NCBI GenBank assembly: GCA_024276655.1 | Contig: JAJRWU010000135.1 | Location: forward strand, 1-37,719 | Source of the DNA: Planctomycetota bacterium | GTDB taxonomy: Bacteria; Planctomycetota; Planctomycetia; Pirellulales; Pirellulaceae | Length of the DNA stretch: 37,719 nt | Direction of reading: 5' to 3' | In this document: positions 28,696 to 37,655 of the stretch, piece by piece | Layout of the letters: every line of letters begins with the position of its first letter | Numbering within the stretch: position 1 is the first letter of the stretch | Position numbers and translations under genes: made by a program | The notes under the pieces: generated by a model | The model's input: the letters and a program-made list of their open reading frames with translations, nothing else | What the model was told of the DNA's origin: nothing | Database searches by the model: none

Positions 28696-29883
28696 ATGAA
28701 AGTTTGGACGCTCCTCCTGGTTGCCCTTTTGGCGGGCAGCGCCATGGGCTACGGACAAGCGCGGCTGGAATTCGACGGACTTGCAAACAACAGTCTCCCA
28801 GGAGATGCCTGGAACACCGGCGCCAAAAAAACGGACTCCGGCGAAATACATAGTTCGGGGCACGTGATCGTTTTAGAGGGAGACCACTACGATTTCGGTT
28901 CGATGCAGCGAGGCGCCACTCTGAGCCACGTATTCGTACTCAAGAATGTTGGTTCGATGCCGGTCGGCTTGAAAAAAGGCAAAACCACTTGCAAATGCAC
29001 GTTCAGCGCCTTGGATAAAGACACCTTGATGCCGGGCGAAACCTGTGAAGTGGAAGTGGAGTGGACGCCCAAGTCGTACTCCGATGAATTCCTGCAAACC
29101 GCCGAGATCAAAATAACCGAAGCCCTCGCCCAGGAATCTATTCAGTTGAAAGTTGGCGGACGCGTCATTCAGGTCGTCCGACCGGTGCCCCACGAATTAA
29201 CGTTCCATAATATTTCCTCCAACGGAGATTCGTCGGCGCTGCTGCGAATTTTCAACTTTACCGGCCAGGCATTCAAAATTCTGGGAACCGAGTCGGTCGA
29301 GCAGGCGACCGCCGACCGCTTTGTTTACACGATTGAGCCGCTTTCGGAACAAGAATTGGCGATGGAGGGAGAAGCGCTTTCAGGAATCGGGATTCGAGTC
29401 ACGATCAAGCCGGGCCTGCCTTTGGGGCCGATTAAGCAAGTGGTCCGCGTGCTGACGAGTATTAAAGAAGGCAAGGAGATTTTAGTCCCCATCAGGGGCA
29501 CGGTCGTGAGTGATATTTCCGTGATGGGCGGCTCAAATTTTCACAAAGACCTGGGCCTGCTTAATTTGGGAATCATCGACCGTTCCGAGGGCGGCAAGGC
29601 GACGCTGCACCTGTTGGTGAAAGGGCCTTATCGACACGACGTTCGCATGAAAGTGGCCTCGACCGACCCAGCCGACATTGTCAAAGCGCATATTGGCGAG
29701 CCCAAGGAGATCAACAACGGCTTGGTCATTATGTACCCGCTCGAAATTGAAATTCCCGCGGGAAGCCCGGCGGCAAACCACTTTGGCTCACAGCAGGGCG
29801 AATTCGCAAAAATTTCGATCCAGACCACGCATCCCACCGCGAAGTCGGTTCCTTTGTATCTGAAATTCCTCATCAGCCGCTGA
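28696..29883 (+). CDS. Secreted DUF1573-domain protein
   Basis: Signal peptide. N-terminal YDFGSMQRGATLSHVFVLKNVGSMPVGL matches the DUF1573 core (DFG.V..G......F...N.G...L). Confidence 0.6.
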   Translation: MKVWTLLLVALLAGSAMGYGQARLEFDGLANNSLPGDAWNTGAKKTDSGEIHSSGHVIVLEGDHYDFGSMQRGATLSHVFVLKNVGSMPVGLKKGKTTCKCTFSALDKDTLMPGETCEVEVEWTPKSYSDEFLQTAEIKITEALAQESIQLKVGGRVIQVVRPVPHELTFHNISSNGDSSALLRIFNFTGQAFKILGTESVEQATADRFVYTIEPLSEQELAMEGEALSGIGIRVTIKPGLPLGPIKQVVRVLTSIKEGKEILVPIRGTVVSDISVMGGSNFHKDLGLLNLGIIDRSEGGKATLHLLVKGPYRHDVRMKVASTDPADIVKAHIGEPKEINNGLVIMYPLEIEIPAGSPAANHFGSQQGEFAKISIQTTHPTAKSVPLYLKFLISR

Positions 29884-29919
29884 GGCGAGCGCCAGATAAA
29901 AATAATTCACCAACGGTTC

Positions 29920-31200
29920 CTAACGGCCGCCGACCCGATGAATCGTTCGTAAAATTTCGGGGTTGCGCTCGGTGTTGGCCAACTCCCGGATGCGTCGCAG
30001 CAGTTGCGGGTCGGTGCTGGTGGCCATGAGCGAGATGGCGGCCGCTCTTACCGGGGCGCTTTCATCCAGCGAAAGCCATAGCAGCCAGGGTCGAACATCA
30101 ACGCCGGTCATGCTTGGCAGTGCGTTGGCGAAACCGAGGCGGTCTTTTTGGTCGAGCGCTGTGAGCCGTCTGGCCAGCCCGAGTTGGTTCTGGCTGAAAC
30201 CGCGCCGGCGCAATTCCGACGCGGCGCGCGTGGCCACGGCGTCGTCGGGATCGTGCAACAGCCGCATCATTTCCAACTCCCCGAGGTCGGTTAGGAGTTG
30301 CGCCGCGGCGATGGTTGTGGTTTGGCTGGCTGCTTTATCGGTTGAAGCGCGCGCCGCCCGCAAACGTTTCATAAACAGTGGCGGGTCGAGTCTTGCTGGA
30401 GGAGGGTTCAAGGGTTGCGGCTGTTTCTCGCCCAACTCCAATTGCAGCGGCTCCGATTCGTCGACCGGCGCCTGTTTGCGACGCAACGGCCGCGGCCTCC
30501 TTGCCACGGGCGCGGGCATTGCGGGTAACGCGACTACTTCCAGTGGTAATTCGCCGCCCGGCGCTGCGAGCATTGCGGCGGCGGGGTCGAGCAAGGGGGC
30601 GTCGGGAAGCGTTCTCGACGTTGGGTTTTCTGGTGCGGTGTTATCGTTTTTCGCGTTTGCCCGCGACGCTACCGCGATGGGCGCGACGTCGGTCAGTTGG
30701 AGCAAGCGTTCGCAATTCGCCACCAGGGCGCCGACGTCGATACTGTTTTGATCGACACTGTTTTGATCGACCGGCCAAAGCAGAACCTGCGTGGCCAGAT
30801 TCGCCGCGTCTTGCCGGGCTTGGGGGTCAAAGTTTTGGTGCGACTTGTTCAGCGCCGCGATCAAGTGTTCGATTCGGCGGCTCGACTCCGCCGGCTTGAG
30901 CAACCGCCAGCGGTCGAGCGTTTCAAAGATGGCTGTCCGCGCCGCCGACGACACGCGCGGCCGCTGGTCGGCCAGCATCGCCACGACTTTGCCAACTCCT
31001 GGTTCTCCGGCGCTGGCCAAGGCGCGCATGTGGGGCAGCGTTTGCTGTTGGTCGGCTTGTTCAATCTCGCGAACAAGTTCGGCCACGAGAAGGTCGGTGG
31101 GCCGCCAGCCGGGCGAGCGCAGAATGCCCACGCCCAAGGCAATCATGCCGCAAGCCAGGAGCAAGCCGCCGACAATGCCGCCTTTCAAATTGAATGCCAC
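29920..31200 (-). CDS. Membrane-anchored HEAT/ARM-like repeat protein
   Basis: N-terminal TM segment and an Ala/Leu-rich helical repeat region. GTG start at 31200. Contains two copies of a 15-bp tandem repeat (VDQNSVDQNS). Probably co-transcribed with the GT39 gene 45 bp upstream. Confidence 0.45.
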   Translation of the reverse strand: MAFNLKGGIVGGLLLACGMIALGVGILRSPGWRPTDLLVAELVREIEQADQQQTLPHMRALASAGEPGVGKVVAMLADQRPRVSSAARTAIFETLDRWRLLKPAESSRRIEHLIAALNKSHQNFDPQARQDAANLATQVLLWPVDQNSVDQNSIDVGALVANCERLLQLTDVAPIAVASRANAKNDNTAPENPTSRTLPDAPLLDPAAAMLAAPGGELPLEVVALPAMPAPVARRPRPLRRKQAPVDESEPLQLELGEKQPQPLNPPPARLDPPLFMKRLRAARASTDKAASQTTTIAAAQLLTDLGELEMMRLLHDPDDAVATRAASELRRRGFSQNQLGLARRLTALDQKDRLGFANALPSMTGVDVRPWLLWLSLDESAPVRAAAISLMATSTDPQLLRRIRELANTERNPEILRTIHRVGGR

Positions 31201-31245
31201 GATGTTTCTCGCTATAACCGTTTTCTCACCATCAGAGGCGCAACC

Positions 31246-33138
31246 TCAGCGCGTGCTGGTCGTGGATACTTTGCTGGCCGACATTCGTTCGGCGCGGCCA
31301 ATCAATACCAGCGAGCGGTTTTTCATAAAGTACGGCGCCTCCGCCAGCACTTCGGAGTCGACCGGCAGGTACGGCTTCAAGGTTCGCCAATCGTTGGCCG
31401 GCGCGATAATAAATGCATCGGGATACTGCTCGAAGAACGCCGCAGCCGCCTGCGGCTCCTGGCCCGAGAACTCTTGCACCGGACGGCCTAGATAAAAGAC
31501 CCAACTCGGCTCCAAGACGCCGAACGCCGCCACGTGCGGTTGCTCGGAACGGCGGCCGACTTCCTCCAACAAGACGTGGCTCTGTTGATGCGAATCGACG
31601 CGCGCCGCCGCTATTGCGAAAACCGACGTCGTGAGGCAAACAGCCGAACCCGCGAACCAAAGCACGGCCTGTTCGCGAAGGTTGTGTTTGACCAAATACA
31701 AGCACCCCACGCCGGTCGCGAGTGGAATCAAGCCGATCAGCCCCAGCCATTCCTCGCCGGGCAAAAACTGACGCGCGGCCAGCGGAAGGCCGATCAAAAA
31801 CACCAGCCCGACCAAAACGAGCGACGCCAGCGAAAGTCGAGGCCAAAACTGGGCCACGTATTCCGTATGCTCGCGCCAGTGGTGCAGAAAGCAACCCACC
31901 AACAGCGCCAAGGCGGGAAAGCAGGGTGTTACGTAACTGGGAAGTTTGGTTTGCGCGAACGAAAAAAGGCCCACGTACACGCCAACCCAACAGGTCAGGA
32001 AAATATAGGCTGGGTCGGGCTGCGCCGATTTTCGCATTCTTGTGATCAGGTCGAGCAGCACCGGGCCGGCGAACACCGACCAGGGAAAGAAGCCGGCCAG
32101 AATTGCCACGGGATAATAAAATAGCGAGCCGGCGTGTCCTTCCATCGACGACGTCGCGCGTGCGATGTTGTGGGTCCAGAAAAATTCGGTCAGCCATTGG
32201 CCATCCGTTCGCAGCCCAACCCACACGTACCAAGGCGCCGCAATCAGGGCGACGGTCGCCAAGGCGGTCAGCGGACGCATTTTCCAACAGGTGCGGATAA
32301 AATGACGAGCATGGAACGGACGCAGCAGCGCCCAGAGCCGCGCCGCCAGCGTGGTCGGAGCTTGCGTTTGCTTCGGTAACGACACAATCAGTAAAAACAT
32401 GCCGAGCACCGCCGTGGGCAACACCAGCCCCACGGGCCCCTTGGCCAGCACGGCCAAACCCATTATGGCGTAAACCGCCACGGCTCTGGGAAAACTTCGG
32501 AGGAAGTAACGATCGGTTGGTTCGGTGGTTGGCGTGTCGCCGCCTTGTGCGGCGTTTGCCGAATTTTCTTTTTTGGGAAAGACGCCCAGCGCATAGACGG
32601 TCAGGGCCATTGAACTGAGGAAAATCAGCAGGTAATCGGGAGTGGCGGCGCGCGAGGCGACGTCGAACATGAACGTCGTCGCCAAAATCAGGCCGGCCAA
32701 CAGCCCCACGCGAGGATGGAACAGTCGTCGTCCCAGATGATAGACGGCAAGCACGCCGCCGGCGCCCAACAGAGCCGACCAAAACCGGGCCGCGAACTCA
32801 TTGACCCCGAACAGGCCGTACGACGTCATCATCAGCCAATATTGAAGAATCGGTTTGTGCGTGCGGTATTCGCCATTGAAGAGCGGCGTCACCCAATCGT
32901 GGGCGGCCAGCATTTCGACCGTGCAGCCGGCGTTGCGAGGTTCGTCGCGGTCCCACAAGCGAGGACCGCCCAGATTACTGAACAGCGAGAGCCCCGCCAC
33001 AAGCAGCAAGATCAAATGATGCCGAACCGATTGCGACACGCCACACCTCCCTGGGAAAACACAGCCGCCAATGCCTTGAGGCAAGACCGGCGAAGTGTAA
33101 GACGCCCCCGCCGAGATCACAATATCAGTCTGTTGCAC
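31246..33138 (-). CDS. GT39-family glycosyltransferase (ArnT / PMT_2-like)
   Basis: Multi-TM protein with the N-terminal loop RLWDRDEPRNAGCTVEML..DWVTPLFNGEYRTHKPILQYWL typical of ArnT/PMT-type transferases. The start is uncertain (GTG at 33138). Confidence 0.65.
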   Translation of the reverse strand: MQQTDIVISAGASYTSPVLPQGIGGCVFPGRCGVSQSVRHHLILLLVAGLSLFSNLGGPRLWDRDEPRNAGCTVEMLAAHDWVTPLFNGEYRTHKPILQYWLMMTSYGLFGVNEFAARFWSALLGAGGVLAVYHLGRRLFHPRVGLLAGLILATTFMFDVASRAATPDYLLIFLSSMALTVYALGVFPKKENSANAAQGGDTPTTEPTDRYFLRSFPRAVAVYAIMGLAVLAKGPVGLVLPTAVLGMFLLIVSLPKQTQAPTTLAARLWALLRPFHARHFIRTCWKMRPLTALATVALIAAPWYVWVGLRTDGQWLTEFFWTHNIARATSSMEGHAGSLFYYPVAILAGFFPWSVFAGPVLLDLITRMRKSAQPDPAYIFLTCWVGVYVGLFSFAQTKLPSYVTPCFPALALLVGCFLHHWREHTEYVAQFWPRLSLASLVLVGLVFLIGLPLAARQFLPGEEWLGLIGLIPLATGVGCLYLVKHNLREQAVLWFAGSAVCLTTSVFAIAAARVDSHQQSHVLLEEVGRRSEQPHVAAFGVLEPSWVFYLGRPVQEFSGQEPQAAAAFFEQYPDAFIIAPANDWRTLKPYLPVDSEVLAEAPYFMKNRSLVLIGRAERMSASKVSTTSTR

Positions 33139-33232
33139 CCCTGGTGACTTGGTGACTGGTGAAAAACGTCTGCTAGCGGCGGCGGGAGCCCAGCCCGGCG
33201 GCGTTCGCCTGAAAATCTATCCCGGGAGGGAT

Positions 33233-33435
33233 TCAAGCCATTAGCCGGTGGTCGAGCGCAGCGAACACCACCGGAGGATCGAAACGCCCGGCGTCGGCAA
33301 TGTGGCGCCGCCGATGGCCGCCGTTCCGACCGCTGCATCCTCGCATCCCGCCGGGATGCGGGAGTGATTGCGCGGCCGATACCGGCGGTGGCGCTGCGCT
33401 GACCGCCGGCTAATGGCTGTCAAACCGCCGGCTTG
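33233..33435. mobile_element. ~200-bp MITE-like element with ~33-bp terminal inverted repeats (CAAGCCGGNGGYTTGACAGCCATTAGCCGGYGG), 95 bp upstream of the GT39 gene
   Basis: Right end CCGCCGGCTAATGGCTGTCAAACCGCCGGCTTG. The left end is the inverted copy with an internal 15-bp deletion (CAAGCC|ATTAGCCGGTGG). Internal hairpin CCGGTGGT..ACCACCGG. No ORF. Confidence 0.6.
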
Positions 33436-33952
33436 TAACGAACTCTTGTCTGCAACGAACGCCTTCTTGCTTCAATCGGCGGCGCGAATCTGGCGTCCTG
33501 GTGAAAAAAATCTGGCGGGTTGTTGAATGACTTAGGGGAAGTCCCGAAATAAGATCCCTGAGCCGATGAGCGCTAGCTCACGGTTTACAGCATTCTCGGA
33601 GAACCGGACGCTAACGTGTTCCGGCTGATCTGCGCGGCGTGTTTGGCAAGAATAACCCGGATTATCACCCCGCTCAGTCCGAGACGAAAATACGGAAGGC
33701 TGCGCGTCGTTTCCAGAAATAAATTTTGATGGCTTTTTGACCGAATTCCGCTAGAATCACCCCTGCGCCACCCTTCCTTCGGGTGGGGCCATCTGGCCAA
33801 GGACAATAACGGGCTTTTTTTTACGAATAGCCTCTTGAATAGTTAGCAAACGGGTCCACATTTCTGTTGACGCCTTGCCGCGACACAATCTTCTGACGTT
33901 GAAGATTTTGGCTCGTTGCGGCCAGCGCGGTCAAACCATTAAGGAGGATGCC

Positions 33953-34567
33953 ATGGGTTGGGTTTTTTTGGTGTGCGGAACCGTCGGCGGAACATTTTTG
34001 GTGTTCCAGTTCGTCATGGCCATGATTGGCGTCGGAGGCGATGAACTCGATTTCGATGGCGGTGGAGATATTCCCGACGATTTTTCCGGAGAAGCATTCA
34101 GCGAAACCGGCGATGTGATTGACCACGGGTCAACGCTGGCGTTTCAGGTTCTATCGTTTAAGTCGATTGTGGCGGCGCTTACTTTTTTTGGACTCGCGGG
34201 CATTGCGGCGACGCAGTCCGAACTTGAGCCTCTCCTGACGCTCGCTATAGCGATATTCAGCGGCGCTGTGGCCATGTATGTCGTGGCGCTATTGATGAAT
34301 TCGCTCCATAAATTAAACCACGATGGCACGGTGCATATCCAAAACGCCATTGGGCGAACCGGCGCCGTCTATATTCCGATTCCGGGAGAGAGGTCTGGAG
34401 CTGGCAAAATCCAAATAAAGGTCCAGAACCGTCTCGTGGAATTTGCAGCCGTGACCGCCGAGCCGACCAAACTCTCCACGGGTGCTAGAGTTGTGGTGGT
34501 CGACGTCGTCGACTCCAACACATTGGAAGTTGAACTGGTCAACGAGGCCGTTGCCAGCGGCGGTTAG
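33953..34567 (+). CDS. NfeD-family membrane protein (flotillin partner)
   Basis: AAGGAGGA RBS before the ATG at 33953. N-terminal TM segments and a C-terminal OB-fold-like region. Immediately upstream of an SPFH/flotillin gene. Confidence 0.6.
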   Translation: MGWVFLVCGTVGGTFLVFQFVMAMIGVGGDELDFDGGGDIPDDFSGEAFSETGDVIDHGSTLAFQVLSFKSIVAALTFFGLAGIAATQSELEPLLTLAIAIFSGAVAMYVVALLMNSLHKLNHDGTVHIQNAIGRTGAVYIPIPGERSGAGKIQIKVQNRLVEFAAVTAEPTKLSTGARVVVVDVVDSNTLEVELVNEAVASGG

Positions 34568-34642
34568 TGCTGGGAGTCGTATCAGTCAGGCTGTTGGTCA
34601 GTGTCCGGTAATACGCGGTTAACCCTTACAGGAAATGCAGCA

Positions 34643-36307
34643 ATGAACATAGGTCTTCTCTTGGGACAAATTCCCCCCGGTAATGCGATGATAACCATCG
34701 CCGTGATAACGGTCCTCGTTCTCATGGCCATAATGACCGGCTTCGTATTAGTGGCAAAGCGTTACAAACGCTGCCCTAGCAATCGTGTACTGGTGGTTTA
34801 CGGTAAGACCGGCAAAGGCCAAGCCGCTAAGTGCATTCAGGGCGGCGCCGTTTTTGTTTGGCCGCTGATTCAAGACTACGCCTACCTCGGCTTGGAGCCG
34901 ATTCAAATTGAAGTTCCGCTCCGCGGCGCGTTGTCGATCGAGAACATTCGCGTGAATGTGCCCAGTGTGTTCACCGTGGCCATTGATACGAAGCCGGAAG
35001 TGATGCAAAACGCGGCGATTCGCCTGCTGGGAATGCACACCGACGAAATCCGCAAGCAGGCGGAGGAAATCATTTTTGGTCAGTTGCGCCAAGTGATTGC
35101 CTCTATGGGCATTGAGGAAATCAATCGTGATCGAGATATGTTCTTGGAACATGTCACACGATCGTTGGAGCCGGAATTGAACAAAGTCGGGTTGTCGCTG
35201 ATCAACGTCAACATTACCGACATTACCGACGAATCGGGCTACATTGACGCCATCGGCCAGAAAGCTGCTTCGTTGGCGATCCAACTCGCTCGGGGCGATG
35301 TGGCCGATAACCAAAAGATGGGTGAAATCCGCGTGGCTTCCGCTTCGCGAGATCAAGCGGTGCAAGTGGCCGAAGCACAACGCGATCAAACCATCGGCAC
35401 GCGGTCTGCGGAGCGGGAGCGAGCGGTGCAAGTGGCCATTCTGGAGAAAGAGCAGGCCATTGGCGAACGAACGGCCGTCTTCCGGCAGCAGGCGGAAGTC
35501 AAGGAGCAAGAACGCGAAATGCGTATTTCAGTGGCCGACGCCGACGCCACCGCCATTGACGGCGAAAACATCGCGCAGGCCAAGATCGCGGCTTCGCAAG
35601 CGGAATTGGCGGTCCGGCGGGCGGAAGCCTACCAGTTGGGTGAAGGCCGCAAGCGTGAAGCCGAAGCAGCGGTGTTGGAAGTTCAAAATAACGCCATGGC
35701 CAAGGCCGCCATCGCGGAAGCCGGCCGCGTGGAAGCCGAAAAACGAGCCGAACTGGAAGCTCCCGCCAAGGCCCAAAAAGCCCGCGTGATTGTCAACGCC
35801 GAAGCGGAAGCCGAACGCAAACGCATCGACGCCATGGCCGAAGCCGACGCCATCTTCGCCAAACTCGACGCCGAAGCCCGCGGCCAATTTGAAATCCTGG
35901 CCAAAAAGGGGCAAGGCCTGAAGGAAATCGTGTCGGCCTGCGGCGGCGCCAAGGAAGCCTTCCAAATGCTCATGCTCGAACACATGGACAACCTCGCCGA
36001 AGCCTCGGCCAAGGCGATCTCGAATATCAAGTTCGATAAGATCGTGGTCTGGGAAAATGGCGCCGGCGGCGATGGTCGCTCCAGCACCGCCGACTTCCTC
36101 AGCGGCATGGCCAAAACGTTGCCGCCGATGCTGCAAGTCATGAAAGACATCGGCGGTGTCGAATTGCCGGAAGCGCTGATCAAACTGACCGGCGAAGATA
36201 CGCCCGAAACGATGTCGGTCTCGCGTAATGGCGGCGTTCCGAAAACGGCTGCCGTGGCCGATGATGCTGCTCCCTCCGACGGCGCGCCGTCAGACGACGA
36301 AGCATAA
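34643..36307 (+). CDS. Flotillin-like SPFH (band 7) domain protein with a long Ala/Glu-rich coiled-coil tail
   Basis: N-terminal TM segment, then an SPFH domain (VVYGKTGKGQ...GGAVFVWPLIQDY...) and an EA-repeat coiled coil. ATG at 34643 with an AGGAAA RBS; the ORF-track start at 34601 is GTG. Confidence 0.7.
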   Translation: MNIGLLLGQIPPGNAMITIAVITVLVLMAIMTGFVLVAKRYKRCPSNRVLVVYGKTGKGQAAKCIQGGAVFVWPLIQDYAYLGLEPIQIEVPLRGALSIENIRVNVPSVFTVAIDTKPEVMQNAAIRLLGMHTDEIRKQAEEIIFGQLRQVIASMGIEEINRDRDMFLEHVTRSLEPELNKVGLSLINVNITDITDESGYIDAIGQKAASLAIQLARGDVADNQKMGEIRVASASRDQAVQVAEAQRDQTIGTRSAERERAVQVAILEKEQAIGERTAVFRQQAEVKEQEREMRISVADADATAIDGENIAQAKIAASQAELAVRRAEAYQLGEGRKREAEAAVLEVQNNAMAKAAIAEAGRVEAEKRAELEAPAKAQKARVIVNAEAEAERKRIDAMAEADAIFAKLDAEARGQFEILAKKGQGLKEIVSACGGAKEAFQMLMLEHMDNLAEASAKAISNIKFDKIVVWENGAGGDGRSSTADFLSGMAKTLPPMLQVMKDIGGVELPEALIKLTGEDTPETMSVSRNGGVPKTAAVADDAAPSDGAPSDDEA

Positions 36308-36352
36308 CGGCGACGAAGCATAGTCCGCCGCTCGAAAGTTATCCGACGCACC

Positions 36353-36385
36353 AAAAGCCCGGCATTTCCAAAATGCCGGGCTTTT
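36353..36385. terminator. Palindromic hairpin terminator, family copy 5
   Basis: AAAAGCCCGGCATTTCCAAAATGCCGGGCTTTT. Confidence 0.6.
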
Positions 36386-36530
36386 CCGCGCGACCCTCCC
36401 AACTCCACCCGACGCTGCTGCAATATGAGGAGATAACGGCCCCATGCAGCGCGCTGAAAAGTTGCCTCGGACCAGCGCCCCAATAAGCTAGAATTGAGTA
36501 AGCACTTCTCGTTTCTAGGAGCAACACATC

Positions 36531-36713
36531 TTGGATACCAGCCTCAGTTTTAATGCTCGCAAGGCGCTTTCAGTTCAATTGGGCGACGCCGCCGGTGAAG
36601 AGATCGCAGATCTTATCCGGCAAATGGCGCGTCGGATCGAGGAACTGGAGCGCAGCAAAGTCAACGTGACGCCTGTAGCGCCAGACAACAGCCCTGTCAT
36701 TTCACTCGGCTAG
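36531..36713 (+). CDS. Hypothetical small protein (60 aa)
   Basis: ORF only; weak support. Confidence 0.25.
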   Translation: MDTSLSFNARKALSVQLGDAAGEEIADLIRQMARRIEELERSKVNVTPVAPDNSPVISLG

Positions 36714-36786
36714 GATTGCACGCCGTCAGCGGAAGTCCTGACATTGCTCGGCGGTTTTTGGGCGGACATTTCAATCATTTCAAAAC

Positions 36787-37410
36787 CTACCAACAAAGAA
36801 GCACCACCAAAACCGCGAACAGGCCGCAACCCGCGGCAAAACAGACGCCGCCGGAAACCCAACGGCGTTTCAATCGGGCCCAAAGATAAATGCCCGAAAT
36901 CACCCACAGCGCGAGCGACAGCACGACAAAATCAACCACCGCCGCCCAGCCCAGGTAGGCGCCAACCGGTTGCTTGTAGCCGTGTCGGAAATGAAGGAAA
37001 TGCACCAGGCGAATCATTGAGAAAGGCTCTTGCCGCTCCACCACCACCTGGTTTTCCTGCTTCCGCCAAGTCACGCGATCGTGGCCCGAACCACGTATGC
37101 GAATGATGACCATCTGATTCGGGTTCGGCTTCCCCTGGATGCGGTGCGCCCCTTCAAGGTTGACCTTCGCCAACAGTCTTTGCGCCTGCTCCTTGGGCTC
37201 CGACGGAAAGGAGTCGTTGGGCGTGAAATCAATGCGTTCGACTTCCCGCCAAGTGGGCGGCGCGGCGCCCATCAGCTTTGCCAATTCGGGGTGGTTCAGC
37301 AGCAGGGCGCTGGCAGCATAGATCAACATCCAGGGAATCAGGAAGAGCCCGGTCCAGAGATGGAGCTGTCGCATCAATGTGTCGAGACGCGCCCATATGC
37401 TCTTGGGCAT
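36787..37410 (-). CDS. PepSY-associated TM helix family membrane protein
   Basis: N-terminal LMRQLHLWTGLFLIPWMLIYAASALLL matches the PepSY_TM helix pattern (R..H.W.GL......L..TG). Second TM segment at the C-terminus. AAAGGAG RBS. Confidence 0.55.
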   Translation of the reverse strand: MPKSIWARLDTLMRQLHLWTGLFLIPWMLIYAASALLLNHPELAKLMGAAPPTWREVERIDFTPNDSFPSEPKEQAQRLLAKVNLEGAHRIQGKPNPNQMVIIRIRGSGHDRVTWRKQENQVVVERQEPFSMIRLVHFLHFRHGYKQPVGAYLGWAAVVDFVVLSLALWVISGIYLWARLKRRWVSGGVCFAAGCGLFAVLVVLLCW

Positions 37411-37425
37411 GGGAAAGCTCCTTTT

Positions 37426-37467
37426 GGTGATTCACTCGCTAACGCTTCGTGCTTGTATATAGGTAAG
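37426..37467 (-). promoter_or_regulatory. Conserved 40-bp upstream motif, copy 2, 16 bp upstream of the PepSY-TM start
   Basis: The reverse complement CTTACCTATATACAAGCACGAAGCGTTAGCGAGTGAATCACC matches 221-260. Confidence 0.45.
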
Positions 37468-37620
37468 TTGTACACGTTCACGGGTTTGGAACCGCCGGAC
37501 AGATTGCTATCGCAACTCCACGCGCCTTGGGCGGAAATCCAGACGTCGCTCGGAGGTTTCTGGGCGGACATTTCAACGGTCGAGTAGAGGAGGAGCGTCA
37601 ATGACGCCCCTCCCCCCTCA

Positions 37621-37655
<35 letters not shown>

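Noticed and set aside
33700-33830. SRP (4.5S) or RNase P RNA in the nfeD upstream interval, because of GAAGGAAG and CCACCC/GGGTGG hairpins
   Set aside because: The conserved domain IV sequence GGUCCGGAAGGAAGCAGCCAAGG, and the RNase P P4 elements, are not present. Only generic hairpins are.
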